Positions 1 to 15,872 of a DNA stretch of 64,000 nt are shown in pieces. Where the stretch lies: the NCBI RefSeq assembly GCF_009914755.1, contig NC_060934.1; one strand, written 5' to 3'. Both the position numbers and the translations under genes were made by a program. The stretch comes from the human T2T-CHM13v2.0 reference genome, Homo sapiens. The notes under the pieces are model-generated. The model did not search any database. It saw only the letters and a program-made list of their open reading frames with translations, and was not told where the DNA came from. The stretch's first letter is position 1. Each line of letters begins with the position of its first letter.

Positions 1-224
1 AGTTCAGTGAACTCGCAAAGAAGCGTGATTTTAGACGCTCCAAGGTACATCCACTCATCTCCTCTCCACTCCCTCTGCCTGTTATTAAACTGGTAGTTTT
101 TACAACATCAATAAAGAACTTTCCTACCCAATTACCCCAGACAATAGGCTGAAAAGCAGTTTCGACTATGAAAACTTCATGTTGGGTTCATTTAGATTGT
201 TTTGCTGTGTCAAATCCTCACTTG

Positions 225-253
225 AGTTCAAAAGTTCAGCTGAACCATGAACT
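225..253. promoter_or_regulatory. Candidate composite nuclear-receptor (RAR/RXR-type) response element
   Basis: AGTTCA-aa-AGTTCA-gc-TGAACC-a-TGAACT: four RGKTCA half-sites forming a DR2 on +, an IR2, and a DR1 on -, in apparently non-repetitive DNA. Function is inferred from the motif only. Confidence 0.45.
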
Positions 254-2103
254 TTGTAATTTCACAGCAGGCAGTTCTACAAATATAGTGGAAAGTGAAT
301 AAACATACAATATTTAAGGTGGGCTTGTCACGTTGTATATAATATAGTTAGGAATGGTTGTAGGTAAAACAGCCCTTAATTTCCAGAGCACAGTGACGTA
401 TCAAAAAGAAAGAGGGAAATAAAATTAAACCAAACTGTTCCTTGAGTTACCTGATCTCTGAGGCTTCCAAGGGAATGCACATTCAGTGACTAATCATTAG
501 TGGACAAACTAAAGCCAACTAATCTTCTTAATAAATTGTGAAGTCTTGTATACCTCTTGGTTTTAGCGGTGGCTTTTCTGCCTGTCTGGACCAGGCAGCA
601 TATCAAAACAAAAGGGTCATGACTTTATGTATTTGTTAAAGTTAGAATCCACGTTCTCATATAACTCAGGCTTGATTTGACCTGGTTACACAAGTGTAGG
701 TGGAGTGAAATTTTCACAGGAATGAGAATAATGCTGCGTTCTTACTTGTCTATTAATAAATACACGCACACTCAAATTCAGTTCAAGAGCCCCTCATTTT
801 GTAAGCCTTGTGTTTGCAGCTTTAGGGTTGAGGCTAAAGCAAACAAGATAACAAGCCTCCTTGGGTTAGGGTGTCTTTCAGCTTAAACCCAGTGAAATCC
901 TCAATACCGTGGAATGAGATTTCATATTGCATCAACGTATGATGCTTCGTTTCTTACAAAGAAACGTGTTTCTCATTGGATTTTAGGTTGCAGTGTGTAA
1001 AAGCAAAGGGACAACTTTCAGGCAGACCATCTGGGGTAAGTGGAGTCAGTCCAAGCAAGGTGTTTTTATATGGCAGCTGTTTATCCCTCTTTGTTTACCA
1101 AGGAGTTGGTCTGCAGGGTCACGAGAGGAAAGCTACGCTTGGTCATTTGTGGAAGCAGAGAGGAAGGGATGGGGTGAGAAGGTCAAGTCCTGTGACGGAT
1201 GGTTCTTCATGAGTTAAATGAGACTGGCTTTTCAAAAGCAGTTTCCTCCCTGTCCTGACTTTCATCTCAAAGTTGCCAAAATTTTAGCTCTAGCCAGCTT
1301 AGGACTCTTTTTAGAAAAATCCCCGAGCAGAGATGGTCCGAGGCTATGCTGCTGTCCTGAATGGTGCGTTTTTCCATACGAGAAGGTCTTCTTCGGTTCA
1401 GTCAAGAATTGATGAGATTTTTCATTTTTTCCAGACATAAATCATCACAATAAATTTAATGCCTCCAACCAAGAACTGAGAACCATGATGATAAAGGGGG
1501 AAAGTGTGGGGTGAAGACTGTGAAATTTGGTTGACCTAGTTAAAGGTGGTCTGTCTTTCTGGTGGGGTTGTGAGGCTGGAAGGAAAAACAAGGTTCGCTG
1601 CTTTTGTGGCTGGCTGAACTGGGCTGCCCAGATTTTACGGCTGTTTCTGGTTGACCTGCCCTGTATAGTGGCGCTGCGTGTCTCCTGATGAGGCCAGGAC
1701 AGGAGGGGAGTTGGTGGCATTCTTTTAAAGAGCTTGTAAGATAGTGAATAATGACAGGAGTTTTTGTTCACTCATAAAGCGTTTATGGAGAACCCACTTC
1801 AGGGGAATGATGGCTGAGGGTCTGTCAAGAGGGGGTCGGTGGGAAGTAAGAGAGATTTCTATGGGGACATATCAAGAGAGGAAATCTGGGAATGGAAATG
1901 GGAGCTGTAGTCCGGTCTGCACTCTTTGGTTGTAACTGTAGGACAGTGAGAAGGGGATATGGATTCTCAAGGGACAAAAGTCCCATGGCAGTGACTCTAG
2001 AATAAAAGGCAGATGTATGAGAAAATGACAGAAACAAGGCTTCTGAGAGGGTCAGGCTGAGAAGGTCCCATTCAGCTTAGGCAAGGCTGACTGTAGAGAG
2101 AGA

Positions 2104-2104
<1 letters not shown>

Positions 2105-2148
<44 letters not shown>

Positions 2149-2170
2149 CGCGCGCGCTCGCGCGCACACA
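2105..2170. repeat. (TG)n microsatellite running into a (CG)n/(CA)n tract
   Basis: About 20 TG units followed by tgcgtgcgcgcgcgctcgcgcgcacaca. Confidence 0.95.
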
Positions 2171-2439
2171 TGTTGAGGGTAGTGGAGACCAGCAGAGAAG
2201 ACATCATTTCAATGCAAAAATATCCAACATTCCACTCACCATGGATTTGTGCTGTGTCCCGGTGACTTCCTGTCTATATGGATGTCACTCTGCATTAGTT
2301 TTTAGGACTCCCAACAGCTGTCTAGAGGGAACCCTAACTAGCAGTTACCTATCAATTTCTTTGTATCAATATTCTTATGTATATATGTATTAGCTCTAAT
2401 CCTGAAATAGTCTTTTGAGGTATGGGCTAGATCTGTAGT

Positions 2440-2540
2440 TTATGATTGAGGAAACTGAGGCCCAGAGGTTAAATGACTTAACTGGGTACACCTGTCTAGA
2501 AGGTAGCAGGGATGGTCTGGAAGCCAATTCCTCTGACGTT
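2440..2540 (+). mobile_element. MIR fragment
   Basis: MIR core-like gaggaaactgaggcccagaggttaaatgactt. Confidence 0.55.
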
Positions 2541-2795
2541 AGGCCTTACTTTACCTTAAGGGGAGAAGGATTCACTTGAGTCTTTGGATGGTGGGGACAG
2601 GAATGGCTACCTTTGTGGGTAGCCTCAGGCCACCAGGAAGACTGCTTGAGTCTGTGCTTCCATGCTCTGGGATGGATTTGAGAAGCCCCAGTCTGTCCTG
2701 GGTGACATCCTTGGCCACGTGGTCTCAGTATCCCTCCTGTAGCCACCACAGGACAAGGTTTCGAACCCGGGTTCCTGTCCAACAGGACTTTGTAA

Positions 2796-3465
<670 letters not shown>

Positions 3466-4779
3466 TGACTAAGTCCAGGATAGTTTGAGAGCTGTCAGTG
3501 ATAAGAAAAGCAAAAGGAAAAATCAGGCTCAATTTGCTATGTGCTTTTTCAACTTTTGTTTCATTCTTAGGAACATTAGCCTGCTCATGGTGGTGCTGAG
3601 GGCCATGGTGCTAGGCAACTATGTTTGGATCATGGGATCTGTCCTCCAAATCAGAACTGATTGGATGCAAGGGTTGCCAATTTATAGCTTTGAAATTGGC
3701 TGAAAAAATAAATGGCACCATTTGGGAGGCTTTGGCTTTGGGAAATTGAGCAAGTGAGTGTATTGGGGAAATTGAAGCTTGAAAAGGCAGGATTTGGAGG
3801 AGTTGAGGGAAAGGAGATGTTTTAGGTAATAGAAATGGCATGATCATATTCACAAAGGTGACAGGGCCTCTCTTCATGTTTGGCGGACAGTCAGTTGACC
3901 ACTTTGCCTGAAGTGGAAGGTTGGTGCAGGGGTGTGGCAGAAGGCAGGGGGGAGGACTTGGTTCACAGTGGGGGCTGAGGGAGACCTTCAGATGCCAGGC
4001 TAAAGAGTCTGGGTTATAGATTATGGGAGGTTATTGAAAGTTAAGCGTTGGGGAGAAGACAGGAAATACATTTTCAGAATTTTAACCCCATAGCATTGTG
4101 CAGAGTGGATGGAAGGACATGAATCTAGTAAGTAATTAATGTCAGTAATCAAATGTCATCACAATTTGGGCCAGCTTCTAAGCTAACACAAAGATGATCA
4201 TTATTTGAATGACTTGTGTCTCTGCTGCCTCCTCTATTCTCAAACTGATTGCTGGTTTCTATTCACTCACCACATGTTATTTAGCACTTCTCTTCTGGCA
4301 CTGTGCTTCTCCCTGTTTAGCACTAACAACCTTCTGCTTCATATATAGCTATTTATATGTCTGTCTCCACCATGATAGCACCTCCCCAAGGAATCCAAAT
4401 GTTCAACTTGAGTCTGTTTCCTAGAGTGTGTCTGCATTAAGATCACTGGAGCCAAGGAGATCTCTATCAAAGAAATAGCAACCCTGCCTCCTAGTTCCTG
4501 AACTTGGCTTCCAGGGTAGAATCTATTATTAAACAAACAAGGTATTAACCAATTTAAACAACTTTTAATGACCCAGAAAAAATAACTCAATTCACAGAAA
4601 AAAATAAAGAGAAGAGCAGATGTCTCAGCAACCTAGCTCTTAATGAAGAAGTGTGAGCATGCTGGTAGCAATGTGATTTCAGTTAATCTTGCAAGACTCC
4701 TGTGCTGTTTCCTGGAGAAGATAGACTCCTGTCCTGCAGACTTTGTTGACATGTGCTCATGGACAAGAACAGCTGGAGG

Positions 4780-5170
4780 TTATCATTCCTTCCTCCTCTT
4801 AGTATTGAGCACTGTGCTAGGCTCTGAGGGTACAAAGATGAGGAGGACCACTCTCAGCCCTTGGGAAGGGGGAGGTAGATGTGTCAACTAATCCAGTGTG
4901 AATGGGGGCCCCACAGTGGCTGGTTCAGAGGAGTATTTAGGAATGAACCATTAGCTCTGCTGCTGGGGTTGTAGATGGACTGATCTCCTCTCAGAAGGCT
5001 TCCTAGGGGAGATCAGTTTGGAACTAGGCCTTTGAGGAAGAACAAGTTTGGTGGAGTGGAGTGAAGGCAAGAACACTGTAGGCAGGAGACACAGCAGGAA
5101 CAAAGACCAGAGGCATGAACTCTATTTCACAGGGGCCCAGGGTTCTTCAGCAGGGCTACAATTGGCATTT
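4780..5170 (-). mobile_element. L2 fragment
   Basis: tattgagcactgtgctaggctctgagggtacaaagatg resembles the antisense L2 3' region; degenerate. Confidence 0.45.
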
Positions 5171-5836
5171 GGTCCAGGACAGTGATAGACTGCCTACACT
5201 GCAATCACACTGGATACAGTTTACATCCCTTCCCCATCAAGCACTCCTGCAGTGACAAGCACAGGCTTCCAATCATTTCCAAAAGCCCCTGGGTGTGGAC
5301 ACAGTAGAGGGAGAGGACCAGCTCCTCCCTGCATGAGAACCACAGGAGGTGGTGCTTGAGACTTGAATGGGAGGCTAGGGCTGTAGTGTATAAGAACTTT
5401 CCCTTAGAGTGTGAAGAACCAGTGCAAATTCTGGACAAAGGAAAGACCTGGTCAGAGAGATCTGGGGTTATAAAGGTCACTCTGGCACCAAGGCGAGTTA
5501 AATTAGAAGAGGCAGAGGCTGAGAAGTACAAAGTGGATTCTCTCTCTCTCTCTCTTTTTAACGTGGATCATTTTTTTTATCAACACACAATTAGCTAATT
5601 TTTCTCTGCTTTCTCCTTGGCCATTCACAAAGAAATCTGGAAGAATGAGGCCTCTTTCCCATCAACTGCCATGATTTCTGGAAACACTTTTCGGAAGTGG
5701 TCACAAATGATCTCAGCTGCCACACCAGGGCCCTGTGCTTTGGATAATCCTTGCATTATGAAACAGGAATTATTGCACCTGTTATATGGATGAAGAAATT
5801 GAGGCTCAGAAGTCTGAATCTAAATCCTGGACTTTT

Positions 5837-6135
5837 GGGTCAGGTGCGGTGGCTCACGCCTGTAATCCCAGCACTTTGGGAGGCCAAGGCGGGCAGATCA
5901 CCTGAGGTCAGGAGTTTGAGACCAGCCTGGCCAACATGGTAAAACCCTGTCTCTACTAAAAATACAAAAAGCCGGGCATGGTGCTGCGCGCCAGTAGCCC
6001 AGTTATTTGGAAGGCTAAGGCAGGAGAATTGCTTGAACCCGGGAGGTGGAGGTTGTAGTGAGCCGAGATTGCACCACTACGCTACAGCCTGGGTGACAGA
6101 GCAAGACTCTGTCTCAAATAATCAATTAATCAATC
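5837..6135 (+). mobile_element. Alu (AluS-like) inserted in a MIR remnant
   Basis: Full dimer. TSD-like aatcctggactttt (5823-5836) and aatcctgagctttt (6136-6149). Confidence 0.95.
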
Positions 6136-8429
6136 AATCCTGAGCTTTTAACCACCTTATAATAGTGACTAGGGAGTTTGTGTTGGCATTTTACTATTAA
6201 TTTTCCAAAAATCATCAGTGTGGTACCCAAGAAAACATCCCTGAAAGATGGATACTGGTTCTTTCCCCTGCTTTTCTCTTTTCCATCAGCTTTTATTCTC
6301 CTGTGAACCTTAGTTCCAGCCACCATGCTTTAGTTAGCCCGTTTGTCTAAAGTGAGAGGCCCCAGACCTTTAGTTTCCCTTCAAGTAGATTTTTTTTTTT
6401 TTTTTTTTTACTTAAAATCACTCGCTGCCCCCAACATCTTTAGCCAAGATGTTCTCATTTTCTTGGAGCCAGAATAAGCTGGCAGGGTGCTAGAGTCAAT
6501 GCGGATGTGACCCACGTGTGCTTCCGCTGGCCGGGGAGTGATAGGCCAGGCAGCAGCATCCTTCAACTCAGACTTCTCCCGGCCTGATTTATTGCTCTGG
6601 TCTCCTGCTCTGGCTTTTCGCTAACATTTCCTTCCAAAATCTTTGCTGCTGATCCAGGATTGTCCATGTGCGTTTTCACTTTGCTGCAGTTGACGGAGAG
6701 CTTTGGGTAAAAGCCCTGATACCACCCACTCCTGCCCGGTCTGCAGGAGCCATCTTTAATCTGTCAAAACCCAGGCCTGTTCACATGCTGCGAGGGTGGC
6801 GCAGATCCAAAGCCACTTCCGCCCCTTCCCTTGCTCCAGGCACATGGCGGCTGAGCAACCGGCTTCAGAGGCTTCTGGACTAGGCCCAGCCTCTTTGAAT
6901 CCCAAACCAGGCCTCCTAGTACTCTCCCTGGTCAATTGCATCGGGGATCTCTTTTGTGAGAAAAAAAAAACCATAATAATGTTTTCTCAAGAGAACAGGA
7001 GTAGCCATTTATTTTGGCTCTACCATATGGATTCAAGGAAATCTCTTCCCTCGCCTTTAAATTGTCCCCGGAGTCAGCAGGGTGTTTGTGCTCAACCATT
7101 TGCCCAGGGCAAAACCCCTTAGAGCCAACCCCTCCACATCACATTTGCCAAAGTGGGATAGCACTCAAGCAAAATACTTTCCCCAGAATTAGTGAAAGAC
7201 TCCTTTTGAGGCTAGTTAATAAAAATCAGGCATTTCTTTTGGTGTAATTTTTCATTCCAGGAGCCAAAGTATAGACTGGCTTTTAAGACATGCAAAGGCA
7301 CCAGGCTTCCCCGGGTGGGTGAAGGTGCCTGGTGGGTTCCAGACGCCTGGGGCTCTGGAGTCCCTGCACTGAGAAGAGCCTGTCTGCCTGCATGCGAAAC
7401 TCGCCCTCCCTCACATAGTTCACATTTTCCCGTCATTGCAGTGTCACTCCAGTGGCATTGTGCAAAATGAGTACTTTTATTTTTGACCTTTGAAATTTCA
7501 TTTTCTCCTAGTGCCTAGAGACAGTAAAGCTGGGCTATGAGTCTTCATGGGAAAAGAAAAATTCCCTTCTGTTTCCCCAAATTGCAGGGCATCTATGTCT
7601 GGTCTCAGGATTTTCTTGTATCAGCAACTGCCACTCAGTCCCTTCTCTTTGGGGAGGAGGGGAGGACAGGTATGTGTGGTTTGAAAGAATTCTCAAGACG
7701 ATTCTGATAAACATCATCTGCACCCATTGAAATTCCAGGGTCTAAACAGAGGCACAACTATTCAGTCTCTTTGACTTAAGTCACAGGATTCTGGGTCAAG
7801 GTTTCTAGTCTGAAACCTCAACCAAACCATTTAATCGTTCTGATTTGGTCAAAATGGTTAAACTGATTATGTCTGGATGTCTAAATATAGCTACATTTCA
7901 AGTTCCTTAGTTTTTCTGAGAAGCCTCTAAACTTTTGCACAATTCCTTTTGCGCAGTTTCTGCTCCATTGGGCTTAAATTCATTGTGAAAACTTAGGCAA
8001 ATTGTTAACCATTTGTAATGTCAGATTGTTTATCTGAAAAATGGGAAGGCTATGTACCTTGCAGTGTTACAGGGATTGGAAGCAGGATATGTATGTTGCC
8101 AGGCACAGTGCCGGGCATGCAATAGGGCACTCGATAAATGAATAACTGCCACAATCAAGATAATGATGGTGATATTTACAACTGTGAGTAAAATGGCTTG
8201 ATTTTCTTCTCCCCAACACACCCTGATATCCATGGTTAAGGTAAACTGAGAGGCCCAAAATGGAAAATAAGTGTGACAATCCGCTATATATTGTATTGAG
8301 CTTCTACTATATACATGATGTAGGGTTAGGGGCCTTCATGTGCTCTTTCATCAGTTCGCCTCTCAGTACTCTGAGGCAGCACCCATAATCCCATTTTATA
8401 GATGACCATGCTAAGACTGAAGAGGCTAT

Positions 8430-8960
8430 TCATATATCAGAGCTCTTGATTGCAAGCAACAGAATGATTTAAGCAGAAAAGAAGTTTATCAAAAGGATAT
8501 CAGGGAGGTCATAGAATCACTGGGAAAGTTAGGGGATGAGCTTGGAAAACGGGGCAGGAACAGGCTTAGAATAAATGCTCTAAAGACTATAGCCAAATCC
8601 ACATTGCAGAACTGTTCACCAGTACCGCTAGCCCTGGACCCTGGGGGGCTGCTGCTGATGCCACCACTGCAGCCATTTGGAAACTGGATGTTGCTACTAC
8701 TGCTGTGGCTGCAGAAATAATTCCCTTTATCTTGCTTCATGAGTTGCCAGCTCCCAATTCTGTGTCTGAGGTGGGCACTCTGTTTCTGCCAGTTTGGACC
8801 CCATGCCCTTGCCCTAGTGCAAAGGATGCTGGGAAATTCAATATTTGGCTTTGGGGAGAAAGGAAAACACTGCTCCAAGTTTCATATGGTGGGAAATTCC
8901 CCATAAAATGTCAAAAGGGAAATCAGACACTAAGCCATCCTAAAAGCTACCAAATGTTTA
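8430..8960. mobile_element. Old MaLR (MLT1-family) LTR remnant
   Basis: ttgcaagcaacagaa...ttaagcagaaaagaagtttat start resembles old MLT1 LTRs; subfamily not determined. Confidence 0.5.
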
Positions 8961-9376
8961 CCTTATTGAGAAATTTGGATTTGTTGCCTAACCTGGACAC
9001 ATCCAAAGTAAGGATACACCTTACTGTGACCTTTCATGAGATATGTGAAGTCCTATCTGCCTATTCCAAGCTGGGTATTTTATTGTTGCAGACTAAACAC
9101 CAAATCTTTTTCCTCAGTGAATGTTTATTTGATTCAGTTTAAATATTGGAGCTTATAATAAACAAAATACATGTTAATAGTGCCAAAAAAAAAAAAACCC
9201 TCCTTGGATACCTAAATCAATGAGAGGGCTGGAGATCGAGGATTCCTGAGAGCAGTCTTTGATTCATGGATGGAATCATAGGTATTTGGATGGAAAACAC
9301 TCCTGAGATGGTCTAACCTACCTCTTCACCTGCACCTGTAAGTGCACGGAGGACTCCCTCACCTGTTACAGACAGG

Positions 9377-9414
9377 TTGCCCTAGAATTTGCCCTAGAAT
9401 TTGCCCTAGAATTT
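9377..9414. repeat. Perfect 12-bp tandem repeat, 3 copies (ttgccctagaat)
   Basis: Identical copies at 9377, 9389 and 9401. Confidence 0.9.
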
Positions 9415-9468
9415 CAACTCATAAAACACTCTGAGGGAAGGAGGCAAACTTTCTTCAAAAATAAAATT

Positions 9469-9735
9469 GGAGGCCAAGGCAGGAGGATCACTTGAGGCCA
9501 GGAGTTCAAGACCAGCCTGGCCAACATAGTGAAACCCTGTCTTTACTAAAAATACAAAAATTAGCTGGGTGTGGTGGCGCACACCTGTAATTCCAGCTAC
9601 TTGGGAGAGCTGAGGCATGAGAATTGCTTGAACCTGGGAGGAGGGGGTTGCAGTGAGCAGAGATCATGCCACTACATTCCAGCCTGTTGACTAAGACTGT
9701 CTCAAAAGAAAGAAGAGAAAAGAAAAATTAAATAA
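9469..9735 (+). mobile_element. 5'-truncated Alu
   Basis: Starts at ggaggccaaggcaggaggatcac; degenerate A-rich tail. Confidence 0.9.
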
Positions 9736-9945
9736 AATCAAACCAGCAGGTAAAGCAAAACTTGGTACAATCTTCCTGGAGGACAATTTGACAATATGTA
9801 TCAAGAGCCTCAAAAATGTTGATTCCTTTATTCCCCTTTTAGAAATGAAGCATGGGGAAATACAGACAGATGTAGAGAAAGTTTGTTCTAGGATGTTCAC
9901 TTATAACAGGGTAATTTATGCTAGAAAAATTTTGGTCCTGATTTT

Positions 9946-12170
<2,225 letters not shown>

Positions 12171-13189
12171 ATAGCAGGCTAATTTATGCTAGAAAATTTT
12201 AGGTAATTTCTTATATTTTAGGTAATTTTCCCTGTATTTTACCTAATATTTTGGGTAATTTCATAAATTTTAGGTAATTTCTTATAACAGGGTAATTTTT
12301 GCTAGAAAAAATGTTGGTCCTGATTTTCAAAATACACATCCACACCCAGGTATATTTACATAAAAAATCAAATAAGAAGTATACCAAAACATCAACTGTG
12401 AGATTATCTCTGGGTGGAAAGATAGCAGTTGATTTTTTAAATGTTACTTTAAATATTTTCTTAGGATTTCCATAACTTTCTACAATAAGTATGTTACCTC
12501 ATTTACAATTAGAAAAATAATACATATTTTAAAATAAGTTCCATCATATAATACCATCTTCAAAGAAACCAAAGTGAAAAAGAGTTAAACCGGTTTTTAG
12601 GGGGAAGGGCTATTTCCACCTTCCCGAGGGGCCATGTGGGTAGAAGGCAAATTAAAACCTGAAAGTTTAAAGTCAATCAGTTTGTCTTAATGGGCCCTAG
12701 ATGGGGGAAAACTTCAGTCATTTCCCTTGCCTGGCACTCTTGTGGTCAGAGGATGAAATCCAATCATGGGGTCAGTTGGGTTTGTACATTCCATGGCAAA
12801 CCAATTTGGCCATTTCTCTGCATTTCCCAAAAGTTCTCTGACTTCCTAGACAGGAATTGTGAGCACAGGGAGACCTTTATGCTGGTTGCTGCAGCACATC
12901 TGGTTTACAGCCTGTGCCAGATGGGCTCCCTTTCATCTGGGAAGAGGGGCAGGAGGGGACACCCGAGCCTCTGTAGGTCCAAGGAACTTCCTCAGTGGAG
13001 GCTCTAATTTTTGGTGAAGTGTTTCAAGTTAAGATGTAACTATATCATGTTAGAGTCACAATGTCCCTTAAATTTAAGGAAATATGCTTTTCATTAGAGT
13101 TTGCCCACCTCACCTTTAGGTTCATTGCTCAGGCCAAAGATGTTTTGAATAAGCTGTCAGTTGGTTTCTGATAACATCCTGCACTATGT

Positions 13190-13290
13190 AAATATTTATT
13201 GAGCATCTATTATGTACCCTGCACTGGAGAACAACAATGAACAAGATAGATGTGGTCCCTGCACTCAGGGAGCTCTTGCATTTGGGGACA
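13190..13290 (-). mobile_element. L2 3' end fragment
   Basis: aatatttattgagcatctattatgtacc...gaacaagatagatgtggtccctgcactcagggagct. Confidence 0.65.
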
Positions 13291-13444
13291 GACTTCTGAC
13301 TTCCTGCCTTCACTAACCCCAGGTTATTTTTGGTTTATACCTGGCCTCTGATTGTACCAATCACTCCATCACCTTAGATATGCTGGGTTAGAAACAAAAT
13401 GCTGGAAAATACTCAAATCTACAAGTCCAATAATAGTGAAAGAA

Positions 13445-13750
13445 GGCCAGGCACATTGGCTCACACCCGTAATCCAATCACTTTGGGAGGCCAAGGTGGG
13501 AGGATGCCCTGAGCCCAGGAGTGCAAGACCAGCCTGGGCAATACAGGGAGACCCCACCTCTACAAAAATTAAAAAAAAAATTAGCCAGGTATGATGATGT
13601 GTGTCTGTAGTCTCAGCTACTGAAGAGGCTAAGGAGGGAGGATTGCTTGAGCCCAGGAGTTTACACTTACAGTGAGCTCTGATAGTGCCACTGTACTCCA
13701 GCCTGAGTGACAGAGTGTGATCCTGTCTCAAAGAAAATAAAAGGAAAAGG
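13445..13750 (+). mobile_element. Alu (AluJ-like)
   Basis: Diverged dimer with the J-type gaggattgcttgagcccaggag. Confidence 0.9.
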
Positions 13751-14409
13751 AAAGCTATTGCTGGAAGAGGGAGACTGGGTTCATCTGGTGGCTGGGATAG
13801 ATGGTACTGATGCCAATATCACCAAGGGGAAAGGAATAAAAGAAAAGAGAGGGACTGAGAGGCAAGCACCACTGCAGAAAGCACCACTGTGAAAGGCTCT
13901 GGTGAATCCTCTGCGTAGACCACGTTCAGCCTCTTTCCAGGAACTTCTTCCAGCCCTGCCGTTGCCCACTGCACTCTTCTAGAAGATTGTTCTTTTATTT
14001 TCCCTTCCTTGCTGAAACTCTGGGGGAAAGGTAGCCAGATTCATCTTCCCCTTTCCCTAGTTATCACCAAATTTCTCCCATTAAGAAATTCTCTCACCCT
14101 AAAGGCCTGTGTAATCCCACTCCCGGACTTTCCTGGACAACCAGCCCAATGGGCCTAACCAAGCCTCATGTCACATCACAAGATATTTCTCTTTATCCAG
14201 AAACCAAACAACCAGAAGCCCAGCCACCGAAATGCTTACTCTTCTCTTCCAAACACTATTTACAACAACTCCAACACTTTAAGAGCTTAAAATGCTTTTT
14301 ATTTATTATAGATAGAAGAAATGGTGTTTTGAAACATTCTTGGCTTATGAGTTTGGTGCCATTCTTCAATTTTAAAAAAATGTTAATTCATGTATGCTTT
14401 AAATACCGG

Positions 14410-14885
14410 ACTTCTCAGGGTCCAACCAGGAAACAGAATAAGCCTCAGGTGGTTCAAATTAGGAGACTTTCGTGAAATGACCAATTATAGAGAAGTGATC
14501 AGTGTTGAGGGAATTCCCAAGGGAAACTGAGGCATCTAAAGACTAGCAGTAGAGGGGATCCATGACCATACCTGGGCCTGAAGTGACAAGGAAAGGAAGC
14601 ATTGTTGCTGGAGAGGGCTGGATGGCCATGGAGGAAGGAGCTGGTGGCGTCCATTGTCTTGGAGGGATGCAGCCTCTATGAGAACCAGGGTGTTGAAGTG
14701 GAATAGGAGCAGAGAAGAAATATCTTGACCTCTTTCTTTTCCAGCCTGCTAATCTCTGCTGACCAAACCCAACTGGAAGCCAGAGGTGAAGGTCAGCCAC
14801 TCAGGATACAGAACAGGGCCTCAAAAAGTAGAGAATGAATTGGGTGGGGCAGGGGTGGGTGGAATTCAGAGAATAACAAACACCA
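14410..14885. mobile_element. Possible old ERVL-class LTR remnant
   Basis: cagggtccaaccaggaaacagaa start and caaacccaactggaagccagagg resemble ERVL LTR families; recall only. Confidence 0.4.
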
Positions 14886-15510
14886 GGTACTAACTCTCTC
14901 TCATACCTGGAATAAGTATTCACTCAGAGCATTGTTTTTCATCACTCTTGCTAAATGTCATTTTATCAGTCAAACTTCTCAAGAATTGTGGGTTGGGACA
15001 CCCCCAGCCCCACCCCAGTGCAATCTGAAAGTCATGGCTGGTTATCCCTGTAACATGATCATTTTCATTTATTCAAAAATATTCATCGAGTACCTATTAT
15101 GTACCAGACACCATTAGAAGAAGGTCCCACTTACCCCCCCACCCATCATTCTCATTCATAGGGATCATTTCCTCCCATTTTTCAATGAGATTTCAATTAA
15201 TCCTCTCCATTTGGACCAGTATTTATATAACCACATCTGCTTTACTTTTCTGGTAAATCCCAATTTTGTTTGACTTGATAGTCTGTCTGGACAACTGAAT
15301 CCCAAAGCCTCTCAGAATCTAAGAGAAAGTTTATAGTTTTTTCTGGACAAGAACTCAAGTTGTTGGTGCCCCAATTTTTTTTTTTTTTAAGCAGAGGCAG
15401 TACTTTTGATTCTGTGAAGAACTTTAAAAATAAAACTTGTTCTTGCTGAATGTAGATAACATTTTAGCAAAATTGTCCTTTCTAAGAACTATAAGCAAAA
15501 CAGTCTATAT

Positions 15511-15872
<362 letters not shown>

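Noticed and set aside
2757-2780. tRNA B-box-like ggtttcgaacccgggttcc
   Set aside because: No A-box or cloverleaf; at most a SINE remnant or a chance palindrome.
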